Positions 20,502 through 31,932 of a DNA stretch of 64,000 bases are shown one piece after another. Every line of letters starts with the position of its first letter. Position 1 is the stretch's first letter. Below the pieces are notes generated by a model. The model was not told the origin of the DNA. It saw nothing but the letters and a program-made list of their open reading frames with translations, and did not search any database. The translations under genes and the position numbers were made by a program. This DNA comes from an uncultured delta proteobacterium (lineage in GTDB: Bacteria; Desulfobacterota; Desulfobacteria; Desulfobacterales; Desulfatirhabdiaceae), in NCBI GenBank assembly GCA_963789395.1, contig CAWBKP010000022.1, positions 224,001-288,000 of the forward strand. Reading direction: 5' to 3'.

Positions 20502-20939
20502 TTAAGGTTTCGTCACAACTTCGATGACATCTCCGCAGCAGATTTTCCCAGGATTCAGCACGCGGGCAAACACGCCTTCCCGCGGCATGATGCAATCACC
20601 GGCCTGGTAATAAATCGCGCATTTTTTATGGCATTCCTTGCCGATTTGCGTAATTTCTACCAACGCCGTCTCCCCCAATCGGACCCGGGTGCCAATAGGC
20701 ATCTTTACCCAGTCGATTCCGGTGGTGGCGATGTTTTCGGCAAAATCCCCGAAGGTGACGTTAAGGCCCTGGCTGCGGGCGGTTTCGATGCTTTCGGATG
20801 CCAGAAAACTGACCTGGCGGTGCCATTTCCCGGCATGCGCATCCCCCTGGAGACCGTGGTCTGCTGTTAATAACGCCTCCTGAACCGGTGTTTTGCGGGT
20901 CCCTTTCTTCTTGCTGATGGCGATGGATATAATCTTCAT
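20502..20939 (-). CDS. MOSC-domain protein
   Basis: GLQGDAHAG, RQVS, GDFAENI, QIGKECH, CIMPREG. Confidence 0.9.
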   Translation of the reverse strand: MKIISIAISKKKGTRKTPVQEALLTADHGLQGDAHAGKWHRQVSFLASESIETARSQGLNVTFGDFAENIATTGIDWVKMPIGTRVRLGETALVEITQIGKECHKKCAIYYQAGDCIMPREGVFARVLNPGKICCGDVIEVVTKP

Positions 20940-21088
20940 TTTTTTCTCGTGTCCTTTCGGCAGTTGTTTGACAGGCGCTTGCTGTATTGGCTATGAGGGG
21001 TCGTCTCGTTATATAAAATTAGGACAGCAGATGAAAAATGCAACTGTCTGACGATGCTCCCTTCCAAATTTTGATAGGCTCACCAACG

Positions 21089-21853
21089 CTACTTTATGAA
21101 ATATATCAACGAGACAACGATGCCGATGATGACAACGATCCTGCGCAGGGCACCTGGCGGAATACGCCCCGCCAAACGGCCTCCCAGGGTTCCACCCACA
21201 AGTGAGCCCATGGCCATGACCAGCATGACAGGCCAAACAACCTGTCCCGAAAACAGGAAGAAAATGGCGGTTGCGATATTGATACTGAATGCCGTGACCT
21301 GCTTCAACGCATTGAGCCGGGTCATCGTATCATCTAGAATAAGACCGAGCACTGCCAGCACGATGACACTGACCCCTGCTCCGAAATACCCGCCATAAAT
21401 GGCGGCTGGAATCACAAACACTACGACCCATGCTTCATTGATTTTATCAGAAAAAGGGTGGCTGCCGGTTCGTCGAATGAGCCATCCCCGCAAGGGATCC
21501 TGTATGGCCAGCAATCCAGAGGCAAGAAGGATCAGAAAGGGAACCAACGCCCGAAACGCTCGTTCTCCGGTATGCAACAGCAGGATGCCGCCGGCGATTC
21601 CGCCCAACACACCGACAGGCAGCAGCATCAAAACGCGGCGCTTTTGTCCCTTCAGATCGGTCATCTGTGCAAAGGTTGCTCCCAGATAGCCGGGGCAAAG
21701 CGCCACGGTGTTGGTGACATTGGCGGGTACGGCAGGAATGCCCATGGCCGTCAGCATCGGAAACGTGATAAGCGTACCGCCGCCTGCAAGCGCGTTTACC
21801 GCACCGCCTGCTACGGCAGCCAAACCCATTACACAAATTTCTATCCAGTTCAT
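21089..21853 (-). CDS. TauE/SafE (TSUP) family membrane protein
   Basis: [21 protein letters not shown]. Confidence 0.88.
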   Translation of the reverse strand: MNWIEICVMGLAAVAGGAVNALAGGGTLITFPMLTAMGIPAVPANVTNTVALCPGYLGATFAQMTDLKGQKRRVLMLLPVGVLGGIAGGILLLHTGERAFRALVPFLILLASGLLAIQDPLRGWLIRRTGSHPFSDKINEAWVVVFVIPAAIYGGYFGAGVSVIVLAVLGLILDDTMTRLNALKQVTAFSINIATAIFFLFSGQVVWPVMLVMAMGSLVGGTLGGRLAGRIPPGALRRIVVIIGIVVSLIYFIK

Positions 21854-22006
21854 ACGAATATGATATCAATTCTTAAATGTTCAAATCTCAAACTTGATAT
21901 TTCATTGTAGTAGAGACGTTTTTATCAAAATCAACTTTTACCTGACAATTCAAAAGCATCAGCCGGGAGGTCTTCTGTTCGGATGGTCACCTTCTGCGGT
22001 GGCCGA

Positions 22007-22627
22007 TCACCGCTGTTTCATTTTCTTGAGCATTTCATCGATGGATTGTCCGTTTGGCGCCATGGCAAGCGGGTTGACCGCCAGGAGCTCCTCCCAGGCC
22101 TGGATGGCACCTTTCGGATTGTTCAAATCATGCATCAGCACAATCCCTTTGTTGAACCGTGCGATTTCATGCTTGGGGTCGACGGCGATGGCTTTGTCAA
22201 AAGACTGAACCGCTTTGTCGTATTTTCCGACTTTGCGGTACATCACGCCCAGATCCGTCAGGACATCCGCGTTTTCGGGTTTAAGAGCCAGTGCCTTTTC
22301 ATAGGCGGCAATGGCTTTATCCGGAAAGTTAGAATCGAAGCACAAATTCCCCAGTTGAATCCATGCTGCAATGTCATCGGGGTTCTGGGAAGTTTTGAAT
22401 TCCAGCCCGGCAATTGCATCCGAGTGGTCGGGAGATATATTTTGTTCGACATGTTGATGCGGGTCCGCAGACGGACTGCCTCCGGTCTTATAGAGGGTCA
22501 ACAGCACGCCGACCAGAATGCCCGCAACAAACGCCATAGCAATAACGCCATAAGAGACCCCCTGTTTTTCAGAAACGCCTGCGGTGGGTTTTTCGATATT
22601 TTTTTCGCCCTTTTTCTGCCTTCCCAT
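22007..22627 (-). CDS. Membrane-anchored TPR protein
   Basis: Single TM then TPRs (AWIQLGN, LTDLGVMYR, ARFNKGIV). Confidence 0.85.
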   Translation of the reverse strand: MGRQKKGEKNIEKPTAGVSEKQGVSYGVIAMAFVAGILVGVLLTLYKTGGSPSADPHQHVEQNISPDHSDAIAGLEFKTSQNPDDIAAWIQLGNLCFDSNFPDKAIAAYEKALALKPENADVLTDLGVMYRKVGKYDKAVQSFDKAIAVDPKHEIARFNKGIVLMHDLNNPKGAIQAWEELLAVNPLAMAPNGQSIDEMLKKMKQR

Positions 22628-23101
22628 GAATTCCTCCGAATGATTATTTCATTTTCCTGTTTCCTCCGAATTCTTTCATACTTGATCGTATTCATCAAAT
22701 GGATTTTGGCAACATCAGCTGACGAAATAATATAACTGTTTTCCAAACAGCCGATGTGATATATTAAACCATCCACCAGGAAGAATATGGAGGGCCCGAT
22801 CATGCTGAATGCAGATGTAATGAACGGTAAATCACTATTTCCTGATGCGTTTTCCCTCCAGTTGCTATCGGCAGTTGATGCTGCCCGGATTCGCGACTGT
22901 TCAAAACCAGGGGTGCTGATTCCTGTTCTGGAAGAAGATCAGAGAACTCTCAGTTGCCAGCGCCAATCCAACCTTAATATCAACGTGATAGGAAACAGAA
23001 TCCTCAAATATACTGCCTGGAATGGCGTGATTTTCCCTTCATTTCCAGGCGGATGCTGCGCCTGATGCCTCGCTCAACCTTTCAGTCAGGGAGGAACGAT
23101 C

Positions 23102-24898
23102 ATGTGGAAAACGGTCAGCACGGGATGGGCCGGGGTCGAACCCGCCGTCAAACAGTTTCTTCCACCCTGCCAGGTGCGCTGTCCCATCAACGAGGACATC
23201 CAGAGAACCAACGTCCTCATCTCTCTTCTTCCAGAGGACCCGGAGCTGGCAACGGACGGAATTGTTCAGATCGGCGACTACCTTTACGAAAAGAACCCCT
23301 TCTTCCCCGTTTGCGGCTATGTTTGCGGGATCTGCGAATTGGAGTGCAACTACCAGAGCAAGGGCGGCGCCATCCGGCGGCGGCTCCTGAAGCGCTTCAT
23401 TGCGGATACCTATATTTACCAGATGGAAAAGCGCGATGAATATCCGCTTGTCAAGAACCGGGAAAATGTGGCCGTGGTGGGCGGCGGGCCAGCCGGGCTG
23501 ATGTGCGCCTACGATCTGAGCAAGCGGGGCTACCGGGTGACGATCTTCGAGGCTTCGGACCGCCTGGGCGGCGCCCTGTGGCTGATCCCGCGCTACCGGT
23601 TGCCGGAGAAGGTGCTTGCCTCGACCCTGGATACCCTCGTGCGGCTGGTGGGGATCGACGTGAAATACAACACCCGGATCGGAGAGGGCAAGTGGACCCT
23701 CGAGAAACTCCGGAATGAAGGCTATCAGGCGGTCTTCCTGGCGCAGGGAACGCCTGCTCCGCGGACCCTGAGTTTCGGCGGGAAAGAAGTTGAGGGGCAG
23801 GATCTGTCAGGGGTCATGTACGGTCAGACGTTCCTTTACGAGGTCAGCCACGGCAACATCAAGCCCAATTATTTCAAGGGCAAGAAGGTACTGGTCATCG
23901 GCGGCGGGAACGTGGCTTTCGATGTGGCCAGGACCGTCCGCAGGCTTGCCGGTGAGACCACCATGGTCTGCATAGAGTGCGAGGACCGCAGCTCCAGGGA
24001 TCGCGTACCGGCCGACTGGGAAGAGGTCCGCGGCGCATGGGAGGAGGGAATCCGGATCATCTATTCACGAGGCGTGAGCCGGATCATCGGCGCGGGCGAA
24101 CGGATGCAGAAGGTCGAGTGCCCGCGCTGTCTGAGCGTTTTCGACGCAAAGGGGTTCAATCCGAAGTTCGATATGGCCGACACCCTCACCCTGGAAGGCG
24201 ATGTGCTCATCATCACGGTGGGACAGGGGCCGGATATCCTGGTACTGCAGACGGACGGTCTACTGAACGAACAGGGGAAACTGGTCGTCGATCCGCTGAC
24301 CCTGCAGAACCAGAACAAGGAATGGATCTTCATTGGCGGGGACGTTCGCCGGATCGGGTTTATGGTGGATGCCATGAAGGACGGCCTGACGGCCGCCGAT
24401 TCCATTGAGCGCTATCTGCGCGAACTGAGCCTGAGGGAAGGGCGCAGCCGCCTGTTGGAGCCGCAGGATATTCCCCGCCGGCGGTATTACGAGTCGGAGC
24501 CCGAGGTCCTCTGGATTCCGCCGGAGAAGCGGATGCACTTCAGGCTGTTCGAAAGGGGCTTCACCCTCCCCGAGGCCATCGACGAGGCCAAACGCTGCCT
24601 CACCTGCGGACCGTGCATCTCCTGCAAGGCTTGTATTTCCGTCGGGATACAGAAGAGCCTTCCAGGCGTCGAGGTGAATCCGGAGCGTTGCTGCGGCTGC
24701 GGAATCTGCGTGTCAATGTGTTACTACGGCGCGGCCCAGTCCAAGGATGTTGAAAACAAGCGTGTGTCTGTGACGGACAGCTTCAAGTGCAAATCCTGCG
24801 GGATGTGCGTGGTTGCCTGTCCCTCCAATGCCAGGCGGCTGGTGGGAGACGCGATGGAAAAACGGATCGAGACAGTATTTGCCTCACTGGCGCAATAA
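23102..24898 (+). CDS. FAD/NAD(P)-binding Fe-S oxidoreductase (GltD/NfnB-like core with HdrA-like ferredoxin tail)
   Basis: PCQVRCP, CGYVCGICELEC; GGGPAG; GGGNVA; EAKRCLTCGPCISCKAC; CCGCGICVSMC; CKSCGMCVVACP. Confidence 0.85.
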   Translation: MWKTVSTGWAGVEPAVKQFLPPCQVRCPINEDIQRTNVLISLLPEDPELATDGIVQIGDYLYEKNPFFPVCGYVCGICELECNYQSKGGAIRRRLLKRFIADTYIYQMEKRDEYPLVKNRENVAVVGGGPAGLMCAYDLSKRGYRVTIFEASDRLGGALWLIPRYRLPEKVLASTLDTLVRLVGIDVKYNTRIGEGKWTLEKLRNEGYQAVFLAQGTPAPRTLSFGGKEVEGQDLSGVMYGQTFLYEVSHGNIKPNYFKGKKVLVIGGGNVAFDVARTVRRLAGETTMVCIECEDRSSRDRVPADWEEVRGAWEEGIRIIYSRGVSRIIGAGERMQKVECPRCLSVFDAKGFNPKFDMADTLTLEGDVLIITVGQGPDILVLQTDGLLNEQGKLVVDPLTLQNQNKEWIFIGGDVRRIGFMVDAMKDGLTAADSIERYLRELSLREGRSRLLEPQDIPRRRYYESEPEVLWIPPEKRMHFRLFERGFTLPEAIDEAKRCLTCGPCISCKACISVGIQKSLPGVEVNPERCCGCGICVSMCYYGAAQSKDVENKRVSVTDSFKCKSCGMCVVACPSNARRLVGDAMEKRIETVFASLAQ

Positions 24899-24913
24899 CC
24901 AAGGAAGCCGCCC

Positions 24914-25309
24914 ATGGAAACGTATAAGCCCAAAGTCGTCTGTTTTTCATGCAATTTCGGATGGGGGTATCTGAGCGACGAGGAAACCCTCGGTGCCGCC
25001 ACCCTGTACTGGATACCGGTTGCCTGCAGTGGCAAGATCGACACCTGCCACATCCTGAAGGCCTTCAGGGCCGGGGCCGACGGAGTGCTGATCCTCGGGT
25101 GCCCCGAAGGGCATTGCCATTTTCAGGACGGCAACTATCAGACCCGGAAAAAGGTCTACCTGATCCACAAAGTACTTTACGCCTTCGGGATCGAACCGGA
25201 GAGATTGATTATGGATCTGGCGATTGATCCGGAGGGGAAGAAAATTCCGCTGCTGGTTGCTCAGATGAGAAATGACCTGGTCAAACTGGGTCCGGTGAAA
25301 CAAGTATAG
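24914..25309 (+). CDS. mvhD: MvhD-like [2Fe-2S] subunit
   Basis: VVCFSCN, VACSGKID, AFRAGADGVLILGCPEGHCHF. Confidence 0.9.
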   Translation: METYKPKVVCFSCNFGWGYLSDEETLGAATLYWIPVACSGKIDTCHILKAFRAGADGVLILGCPEGHCHFQDGNYQTRKKVYLIHKVLYAFGIEPERLIMDLAIDPEGKKIPLLVAQMRNDLVKLGPVKQV

Positions 25310-25326
25310 GCCCAAGGTGAATCAAG

Positions 25327-26316
25327 ATGATGAGAAAACCGAAGGTTGCCATTTACGGGTTGGGGGCTTGTGCAGGGTGCGACGAGGCGCTGATCGACCT
25401 GAACGAGGCAATTCTGCACCTGGCCGATGCCGTCGACATCGTCCTCTGGCCCCTGGCCATGGATTTCAAGTACAGCCGTATTCATGCGATGCAGGATGGC
25501 GAGATCGCGCTCAGCATCCTTTCGGGATCCGTGAGGAACTCCGACCATCAGGAAATGGCGGAGCTGCTGAGGAAAAAATCCCAGCTGGTGCTTGCCATGG
25601 GTGCGTGCGCGTGCTTTGGCGGCACACCCGGCCTGGCCAACTTCCGCAGCAAGGACGACATCTTCAACTGGGTCTACCGGGATGCGCCGACAGTGGTAAA
25701 TCCGAACGGGAACTTTCCCGCAGCCGGAGACCGAATGAACGGCCGCAAACTGACTCTGCCGCGTTTTTTTGAGCACGTATTCACGCTGGATCAGGTCATT
25801 GACGTGGATTACTACCTCCCGGGGTGCCCGCCGCCGCCCGAATTGATCGGCAACGCCGTCAACGCGGTGCTCGCGGGCGACCTTCCGCCGAAAGGATCCA
25901 CCCTGGCGCCCCGCAAGGCCCTCTGCGATACCTGTCCCCGCAACCATCGCAAACCGAACCGCATGGAGATCAGATCTTTCAGGCGCATCCACGAGGTGGA
26001 GGCCGATCCGGACGAGTGCTTCCTGGCAGCCGGGATCATCTGCATGGGGCCTGCGACGCGCTCGGGATGCGGGGAGACCTGCATCCGGATCAACATTCCG
26101 TGCCGCGGCTGTTTCGGGCCGGTCCCAGGTGTCGTGGGGTCGGCGCCCAAGTTCCTGTCCTCGCTTGCCTCCCTGCTCGTGGTGGAGCGGGACGAGGAGA
26201 TCAAGGAGACCATCGACACCATCGACGATCCTGTCGGCTACCTGTACCGTTTCGCCCAGGCTTCATCCATCCTGGGGAGAAGAAGCGCGAAGAAAAACAT
26301 GGAGGATTCACCATGA
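25327..26316 (+). CDS. mvhG: Mvh-type [NiFe] hydrogenase small subunit
   Basis: CAGC, GACACFGG, LPGCPP, CMGPATRSGC, PCRGCFG. Confidence 0.9.
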   Translation: MMRKPKVAIYGLGACAGCDEALIDLNEAILHLADAVDIVLWPLAMDFKYSRIHAMQDGEIALSILSGSVRNSDHQEMAELLRKKSQLVLAMGACACFGGTPGLANFRSKDDIFNWVYRDAPTVVNPNGNFPAAGDRMNGRKLTLPRFFEHVFTLDQVIDVDYYLPGCPPPPELIGNAVNAVLAGDLPPKGSTLAPRKALCDTCPRNHRKPNRMEIRSFRRIHEVEADPDECFLAAGIICMGPATRSGCGETCIRINIPCRGCFGPVPGVVGSAPKFLSSLASLLVVERDEEIKETIDTIDDPVGYLYRFAQASSILGRRSAKKNMEDSP

Positions 26317-27781
26317 CTGCCAAGACCATCACCATCGATCCGATTACACGTCTGGAAGGCCACGGGAAGATCGAGATCTTCCTGAACGACAAGGGGGATG
26401 TGGAGGACGCCTTCTGGCAGGTAGCGGAGCTCAGGGGCTTCGAGCGGTTCTGCCTGGGGAGGCCCGCCGAGGAGATGACCCGCATCGTTCCCAACATCTG
26501 CGGCGTATGTCCGTCTGCCCATCACATGGCCGCCACCAAGGCCCTGGACGACCTCTATGACGTGGAACCCACGCCGACCGCCAGGCTGATCCGGCAGCTC
26601 GAGTTCAATGCCTTCTATATCGAGGACCATTACATCCACTTCTTCTTCCTGGCCGCCCCCGATTTCGTGGTCGGCCCGGACGCGGACCCGGCCGAGCGGA
26701 ACATCCTCGGCGTGATCCACAAGGTCGGGCAAGGAGATCGGCGCCAGGGTCATCGAGGTCCGCAAGAAAAACCGGGAGATCATCAAGCTGGTCTTCAGCA
26801 AGGCCGCCGCACCCCGAAGGCGGGTTGCCGGGGGGTGTCTCCCGGGGCATCACCGCCGAGGAGCGCAGGCGGATCAAGGAGATCGCCGACTATTCCGTTG
26901 AGTTCGCGCAGTTCGCGATGGGGCTGTTCAAAGACGTGGTGCTGCGCAACAAGAAGAATCTCGATCTGGTGCTGAGCGACGCCTATCAGTTGAAGACCTG
27001 CTACATGTCCCTGGTGGATGAAAACGACAAGGTCAGCTTCTACGACGGCATCGTCAAGGTCATCGATCCCGACGGCAAGGAGTTCCTGCGGTTCGACCCG
27101 CGGGACTACGTGGAGCACATCGGCGAGTGGGTGGAACCCTGGACCTATATCAAGATGAACCACTTGAAGAAGATCGGCTGGAAAGGGCTGGTGGAGGGGG
27201 AGGGGACCTCTCTCTACCGTGTGGCCCCGCTGGCGCGGCTGAACGTTGCGGACGGCATGGCCACGCCGCTTGCCCAGAAGGAGTGCGAGCAGATGTTCGA
27301 CACCCTGGGCGGCAAGCCGGCGCATCACACCCTGGCCATGCACTGGGCCCGGCTGATCTGCGCCCTCCAGGCGGCGGAGCACAACCAGATGATCGCAAGC
27401 GACCCGCTCCTGACCAGCAAGGACATCCGCAACATGAACCTGCGCCTGAAGCGCGTCGGCGTCGGGTGCGTGGAGGCCCCCCGCGGGACGCTTTTCCACC
27501 ACTACGAGACCGACGACCGCGGGTTGCTGACCAAGGTCAACCTCATCGTGGCCACGCAGAACAACGCCGCTCCCATCTCGCTGTCGGTCAAGAAGGCGGC
27601 CAAGGAGTTCATCAAGGGGGGCAACGTCAAGGAGGGGTTGCTGAACAGGGTCGAGATGGCCTTTCGGGCCTATGATCCCTGCCTGTCCTGCGCCACGCAC
27701 GCCCTGCCCGGGCAGATCCCGTTGGTGGTGAATATCCGTGACCACGAGGGCCGGGTGATCCGGACCCTCAGGAGGCCTTGA
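26313..27781 (+). CDS. mvhA: Mvh-type (group 3c-like) [NiFe] hydrogenase large subunit; frameshifts near 26731 and 26808
   Basis: IDPITRLEGHG, RGFE, NICGVC, EAPRGTLFHHY, AYDPCLSCATH plus C-terminal extension. Confidence 0.9.
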
Positions 27782-28258
27782 CGGTGAAGACGCTGATCCT
27801 GGGCATGGGCAACCCCATCCTGTCGGATGACGGGGTGGGGCTGCATATTGCCCGGGCCCTCGATGGGCGTTTTGCGGGGACGGACGTGCGCACCAGCGCC
27901 CTGATCGGCCTCGGCCTCCTGGATATCGTGGCGGATTACGATCAGGTTTTTGTTATCGATGCCATCCAGGACGTGAGCCGCCCGCCGGGCACGGTGGTGA
28001 AACTGGTCGGCCGGCGAAGGGGCCCTGCATCTTTTCTCATCCCACGGCATGCATTCTTTGAGATTCTGCAACTGGGAAAAGACTGCGGGGGTGGCAGTCC
28101 CCGAAGTGGCCGGGATCTACGGGGTGGCGATCGGCACTGAATGCCCTTTCGGCGAAGAGCTGTCGCCGCTGCTGGCGCGGCGGCGGGCTGGAATTGTCAG
28201 GCAGATCGCGGCGGATGTGGGTCGCCGGTTGAAGGCCTCTGCCACGTTCCGGCTGTGA
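27778..28258 (+). CDS. Hydrogenase maturation protease; several frameshifts at 28010-28090
   Basis: LGMGNPILSDDGVG, VIDAI, corrected SSHG, FGEELSP. Confidence 0.85.
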
Positions 28259-28286
28259 CCTCCCAGAATAGACGAGGATAAATACC

Positions 28287-30195
28287 ATGAAAGAGCTTAC
28301 TTACATCCTTATCCTGTTACCGTTTCTGGCTGCGTTTTGCTGCTTGTTGGCAATTTCCGGCCGGTTAAGGTCATTCATCGTTCTGGCAACCGGCTGCATT
28401 CTGATCGCAAGCTCGCTGCTCCTGATTTCCCATGTCCCCTTCGCGTTTACCCCTCAAACCGTTTTCGGCCTTGATGTGCATGGTCTCATTCAGGTTCCGG
28501 ACTTCATTCTGATGTTTGCCATCCTGTATTTCGGATTCAAGCATCGCAGCCTGCTGGTCATCATTCCGGCCGCTTTGCAGATCGTTCTGGTGACCTGGTT
28601 CGAGGTGTTCATGATCAAGGGCCACCCTGCCACGCAGGCTTTTTATTGTGACAATCTCTCGCTCATCATGGTTCTGATCATTTCCATCATCGGATCGATC
28701 ATCTGCTTTCAAGCCATTCCCTACATGAAAAACCACGAAGAACACCTGCATCTGTCAACAACCCGGCAGCCCCGGTTTTTCTTTGTCATGCTGTTTTTTC
28801 TGGGCGTCATGAACGGTCTGGTGCTGTCAAATGATACGACCGTTATCCACTTCTTCTTCGAAGCCACCACGCTCTGCTCGTTTCTGCTCATCGGGCATGA
28901 CGGAACCGAAAAGGCCATCCGGAATTCCGTGAGGGCGTTATGGATGAACAGTCTGGGCTGTCTGGCTTTCATCGTGGCGCTGATGATGATCTACCAGAGC
29001 CTGGGCAGCATCGACATGCAGCAGATTATCCGCACGCCTCCCGGCGCCGGACTTTCCTTTCTGGCGCTGGCGCTTCTTTGTCTTGCATCGTTCACCAAAT
29101 CCGCCCAATTTCCCATGCAAAGCTGGCTGATTGGCGCCATGGTCGCGCCGACACCGGTCTCCGCCCTGCTCCATTCCAGCACCATGGTCAAGATCGGCGT
29201 ATATCTGGTGCTTCGGCTGGCTCCGGCCATGCAGGGAAGTTTTTTGAGTCAATGCATCGCCATTTTCGGCGCATTCACCTTTCTGGCCGGCGCCGGACTG
29301 GCGGTCGGGCAGAGCAACGGCAAAAAAGTGCTGGCCTATTCCACCATCAGCAATCTGGGGCTTATTTTCGCCTGCGCCGGCCTCAATACGCCGGAGTCCA
29401 TCACCGCCGCGATCCTGCTCATCATTTTCCACGCCGTCACCAAGGCCCTGCTTTTTCTCTGCGTGGGAACGATCGAGCAGCATATTGAAAGCCGCGATAT
29501 CGAAGACATGCGCGGCTTGTATGCCAGAATGCCCCTGACGGCGCTCATTACGGTGATGGGCGTGGTGATGATGATCATGCCCCCCTTCGGCCTGCTCCTT
29601 GGCAAATGGATGGCCATGGAGGCTGCTGCCGGGAATATTTTCGTCATCATCCTGGCGGCCATCGGCAGCGCGCTGACCGCCATGTACTGGGCCCGGTGGG
29701 CGGGAACGCTGATGAGCGATCCGTTTGCGGGAAAGTTCACGCTCGAGAAACAGCCCGTGGTGACCTGGGCTGCGTTGGTGTCGCTTTGCGCGGGCGCGGG
29801 GATTCTGAGCATTGCCGTGCCCTGGCTGTACGCGGGGCTGTTCACCCCTTCGATGACCCTGAATTATGTGCCGCCTTATTCCCTGAATGACGGCATTCTG
29901 GAGAATTCTTACGGCGTCTTTGCCGCCTTGCCCCTTTGCCTGATCGCTGTCCTGGGTTTTTTGCAATCGATCTGGGCTGTCAGAGGGGCGACAAAGGCGC
30001 GTATCTGCGCGCCCTATCTGAGCGGCATTCAGACCGCGGAGCCCAGGGTCTTTGTGGGACCCATGAATCAACTGGTGAAAGCAGAGGCCGGAAACTACTA
30101 TCTTTCGAACATATTCGGCGAAAGAGAAGCTGACGGTCTGGATCAACCTGGCTGCCGGCGTGCTGCTGACCCTGATTGTGGGAGGTGCGCTATGA
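28287..30195 (+). CDS. echA: Ech hydrogenase antiporter-like subunit A; frameshift near 30122
   Basis: KSAQFP, MVAPTPVSALLHSSTMVK, LAYSTISNLG; corrected end LIVGGAL*. Confidence 0.9.
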
Positions 30196-31045
30196 CAAGC
30201 CCACGGCATTCTGATACTTGCCGGTCTGGCTGCCGGCCCCCTGCTCGGCGGGTTGATCGCGGGTCTGGACAGGATTCTCACCGCGCGCTTCCAGTCCCGC
30301 ATCGGCCCGCCGTTGTTTCAGCCGTTTTACGACGTGATCAAGCTTTTTGGAAAAGAGAAGCGTGGTGGTAAACGTCTGGCAGGCGTTCTGCGCCAACGCC
30401 TATCTGACGGCCGCTTCCATTTCCGTGGTTCTTTTTTTCCTCCGCTCCGACCTGTTGCTTATCCTGTTCATTCAGGCCGTGGGAGCGGTCTTTCTGGTCG
30501 TCGGCGCCTTTTCCTCCACCTCGCCTTACAGTCAGGCCGGCGCTCACAGGGAACTTCTGCAGATCCTCTGCTATGAGCCGCTTCTCATATTTGTTGCGGT
30601 CGGCATCTATCTTCAGACCGGCAGCTTCAAAATCGAATCCGTCTATGCCAGGGACCAGCCGCTTCTTCTGAAGCTCCCGTTTTTGTTCGTGGTGCTGGGT
30701 TTTGTGCTGACCATCAAACTGCGCAAATCGCCTTTTGATTTGTCCACGTCGCACCATGCGCATCAGGAACTCGTCAAGGGGCTGCTCACGGACTATTCCG
30801 GACCGTTTCTGGCGCTGACCGAAATCGCCCACTGGTACGAAACCGTGCTTGTGCTGGGATTTTGTTCCCTGTTCTGGGCCACGAACCCGGTGGGCGCGAT
30901 GCTGCTCGTCGGGGTGACGTATTTTCTGGAAATCTGGATCGATAATGTTTCCGCCCGAATGAACTGGCGCTGGATGCTCGGATACGGCTGGGCCATGGGC
31001 ATGACGCTGTCTCTGGTGAATCTTGTCTGGTTGTATGCACGATAG
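30192..31045 (+). CDS. echB: Ech subunit B (NuoH-like); frameshifts near 30200 and 30355
   Basis: GLDRILTARFQSRIGPPLFQPFYD, KLRKSPFDLSTSHHAHQE. Confidence 0.9.
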
Positions 31046-31060
31046 GGGGCATTTGCAGAT

Positions 31061-31537
31061 ATGTTTAAAAAAATCCTCACAAAAGCCCGGACCCAGTCGC
31101 CCTGGGTGCTGCACTTTGATTGCGGCAGTTGCAACGGCTGCGACATCGAAGTCCTGGCCTGCCTGACCCCGGTCTATGACGTGGAGCGGTTCGGCATGAT
31201 CAACGTCGGCAACCCCATGCATGCGGACGTTTTTCTCGTCACCGGCACGGTCAATCACCGGAACAAGAAGGTGCTGCGCAACCTGTATGATCAGATCCCG
31301 GACCCCAAGGTGGTCGTGGCCATCGGTGCCTGCGGCCTTACGGGCGGTATTTTCCGGGAAGCCTACAACGTGGTTGGCGGCGTGGACAAAATCATTCCCG
31401 TGGACGTTTATGTCCCGGGCTGTCCCGCAAAGCCCGAAGCCATCATCGACGGCGTGGTTCTGAGCCTTGAAAAATTCCGGGAAAAGGCCAATATGGCCGT
31501 ATCGAGCACGAACAGCCCCGTGGAGGAAAAGCCATGA
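31061..31537 (+). CDS. echC: Ech small subunit
   Basis: SCNGCDIE, AIGACG, YVPGCPAKPE. Confidence 0.93.
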   Translation: MFKKILTKARTQSPWVLHFDCGSCNGCDIEVLACLTPVYDVERFGMINVGNPMHADVFLVTGTVNHRNKKVLRNLYDQIPDPKVVVAIGACGLTGGIFREAYNVVGGVDKIIPVDVYVPGCPAKPEAIIDGVVLSLEKFREKANMAVSSTNSPVEEKP

Positions 31538-31932
31538 TCGAACAGGTGATTGCCATCAGCCCGGAAAATGTGGTGGGCGAAACCGCGAAGATGAAAGTGG
31601 AGGGCTACCGGTTCGTGACGCTGTCCTGTGTTGAAATTGACGAGACTACGGTGGATATTCTGTATCATTTTGACAGGGAGTTTCAGTTGAAACACCTGCG
31701 GCTGACCGTGCCAAAAGATACTCCCGTGCCGAGCATTTCCCCGGTCTATTTTGCGGCCTTTCTGGTTGAAAACGAGATACAGGATTTGTTCGGCATCCGC
31801 TTTCAGGGGCTGGCCATTGACTACGACCGCACGCTGTATCTGGAAGAGGACGTGAAGAAGACGCCTTTTTGCAAGTATGTGGTGATCAAAACAGCCCCCT
31901 TGGGTGAAGTCCCGGGAGAGAACGCATCATGA
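31534..31932 (+). CDS. echD: Ech subunit D (NuoC-like)
   Basis: YHFD, PSISPVY, ENEIQDLFG. Confidence 0.88.
   Translation: MIEQVIAISPENVVGETAKMKVEGYRFVTLSCVEIDETTVDILYHFDREFQLKHLRLTVPKDTPVPSISPVYFAAFLVENEIQDLFGIRFQGLAIDYDRTLYLEEDVKKTPFCKYVVIKTAPLGEVPGENAS

Noticed and set aside
22787..23065. 92-aa ORF upstream of the hydrogenase cluster
   Set aside because: No recognisable motif; may be promoter region; cannot be supported
24914..27781. Selenocysteine in MvhD or MvhA
   Set aside because: Relevant positions are Cys codons; no in-frame TGA at ligand sites
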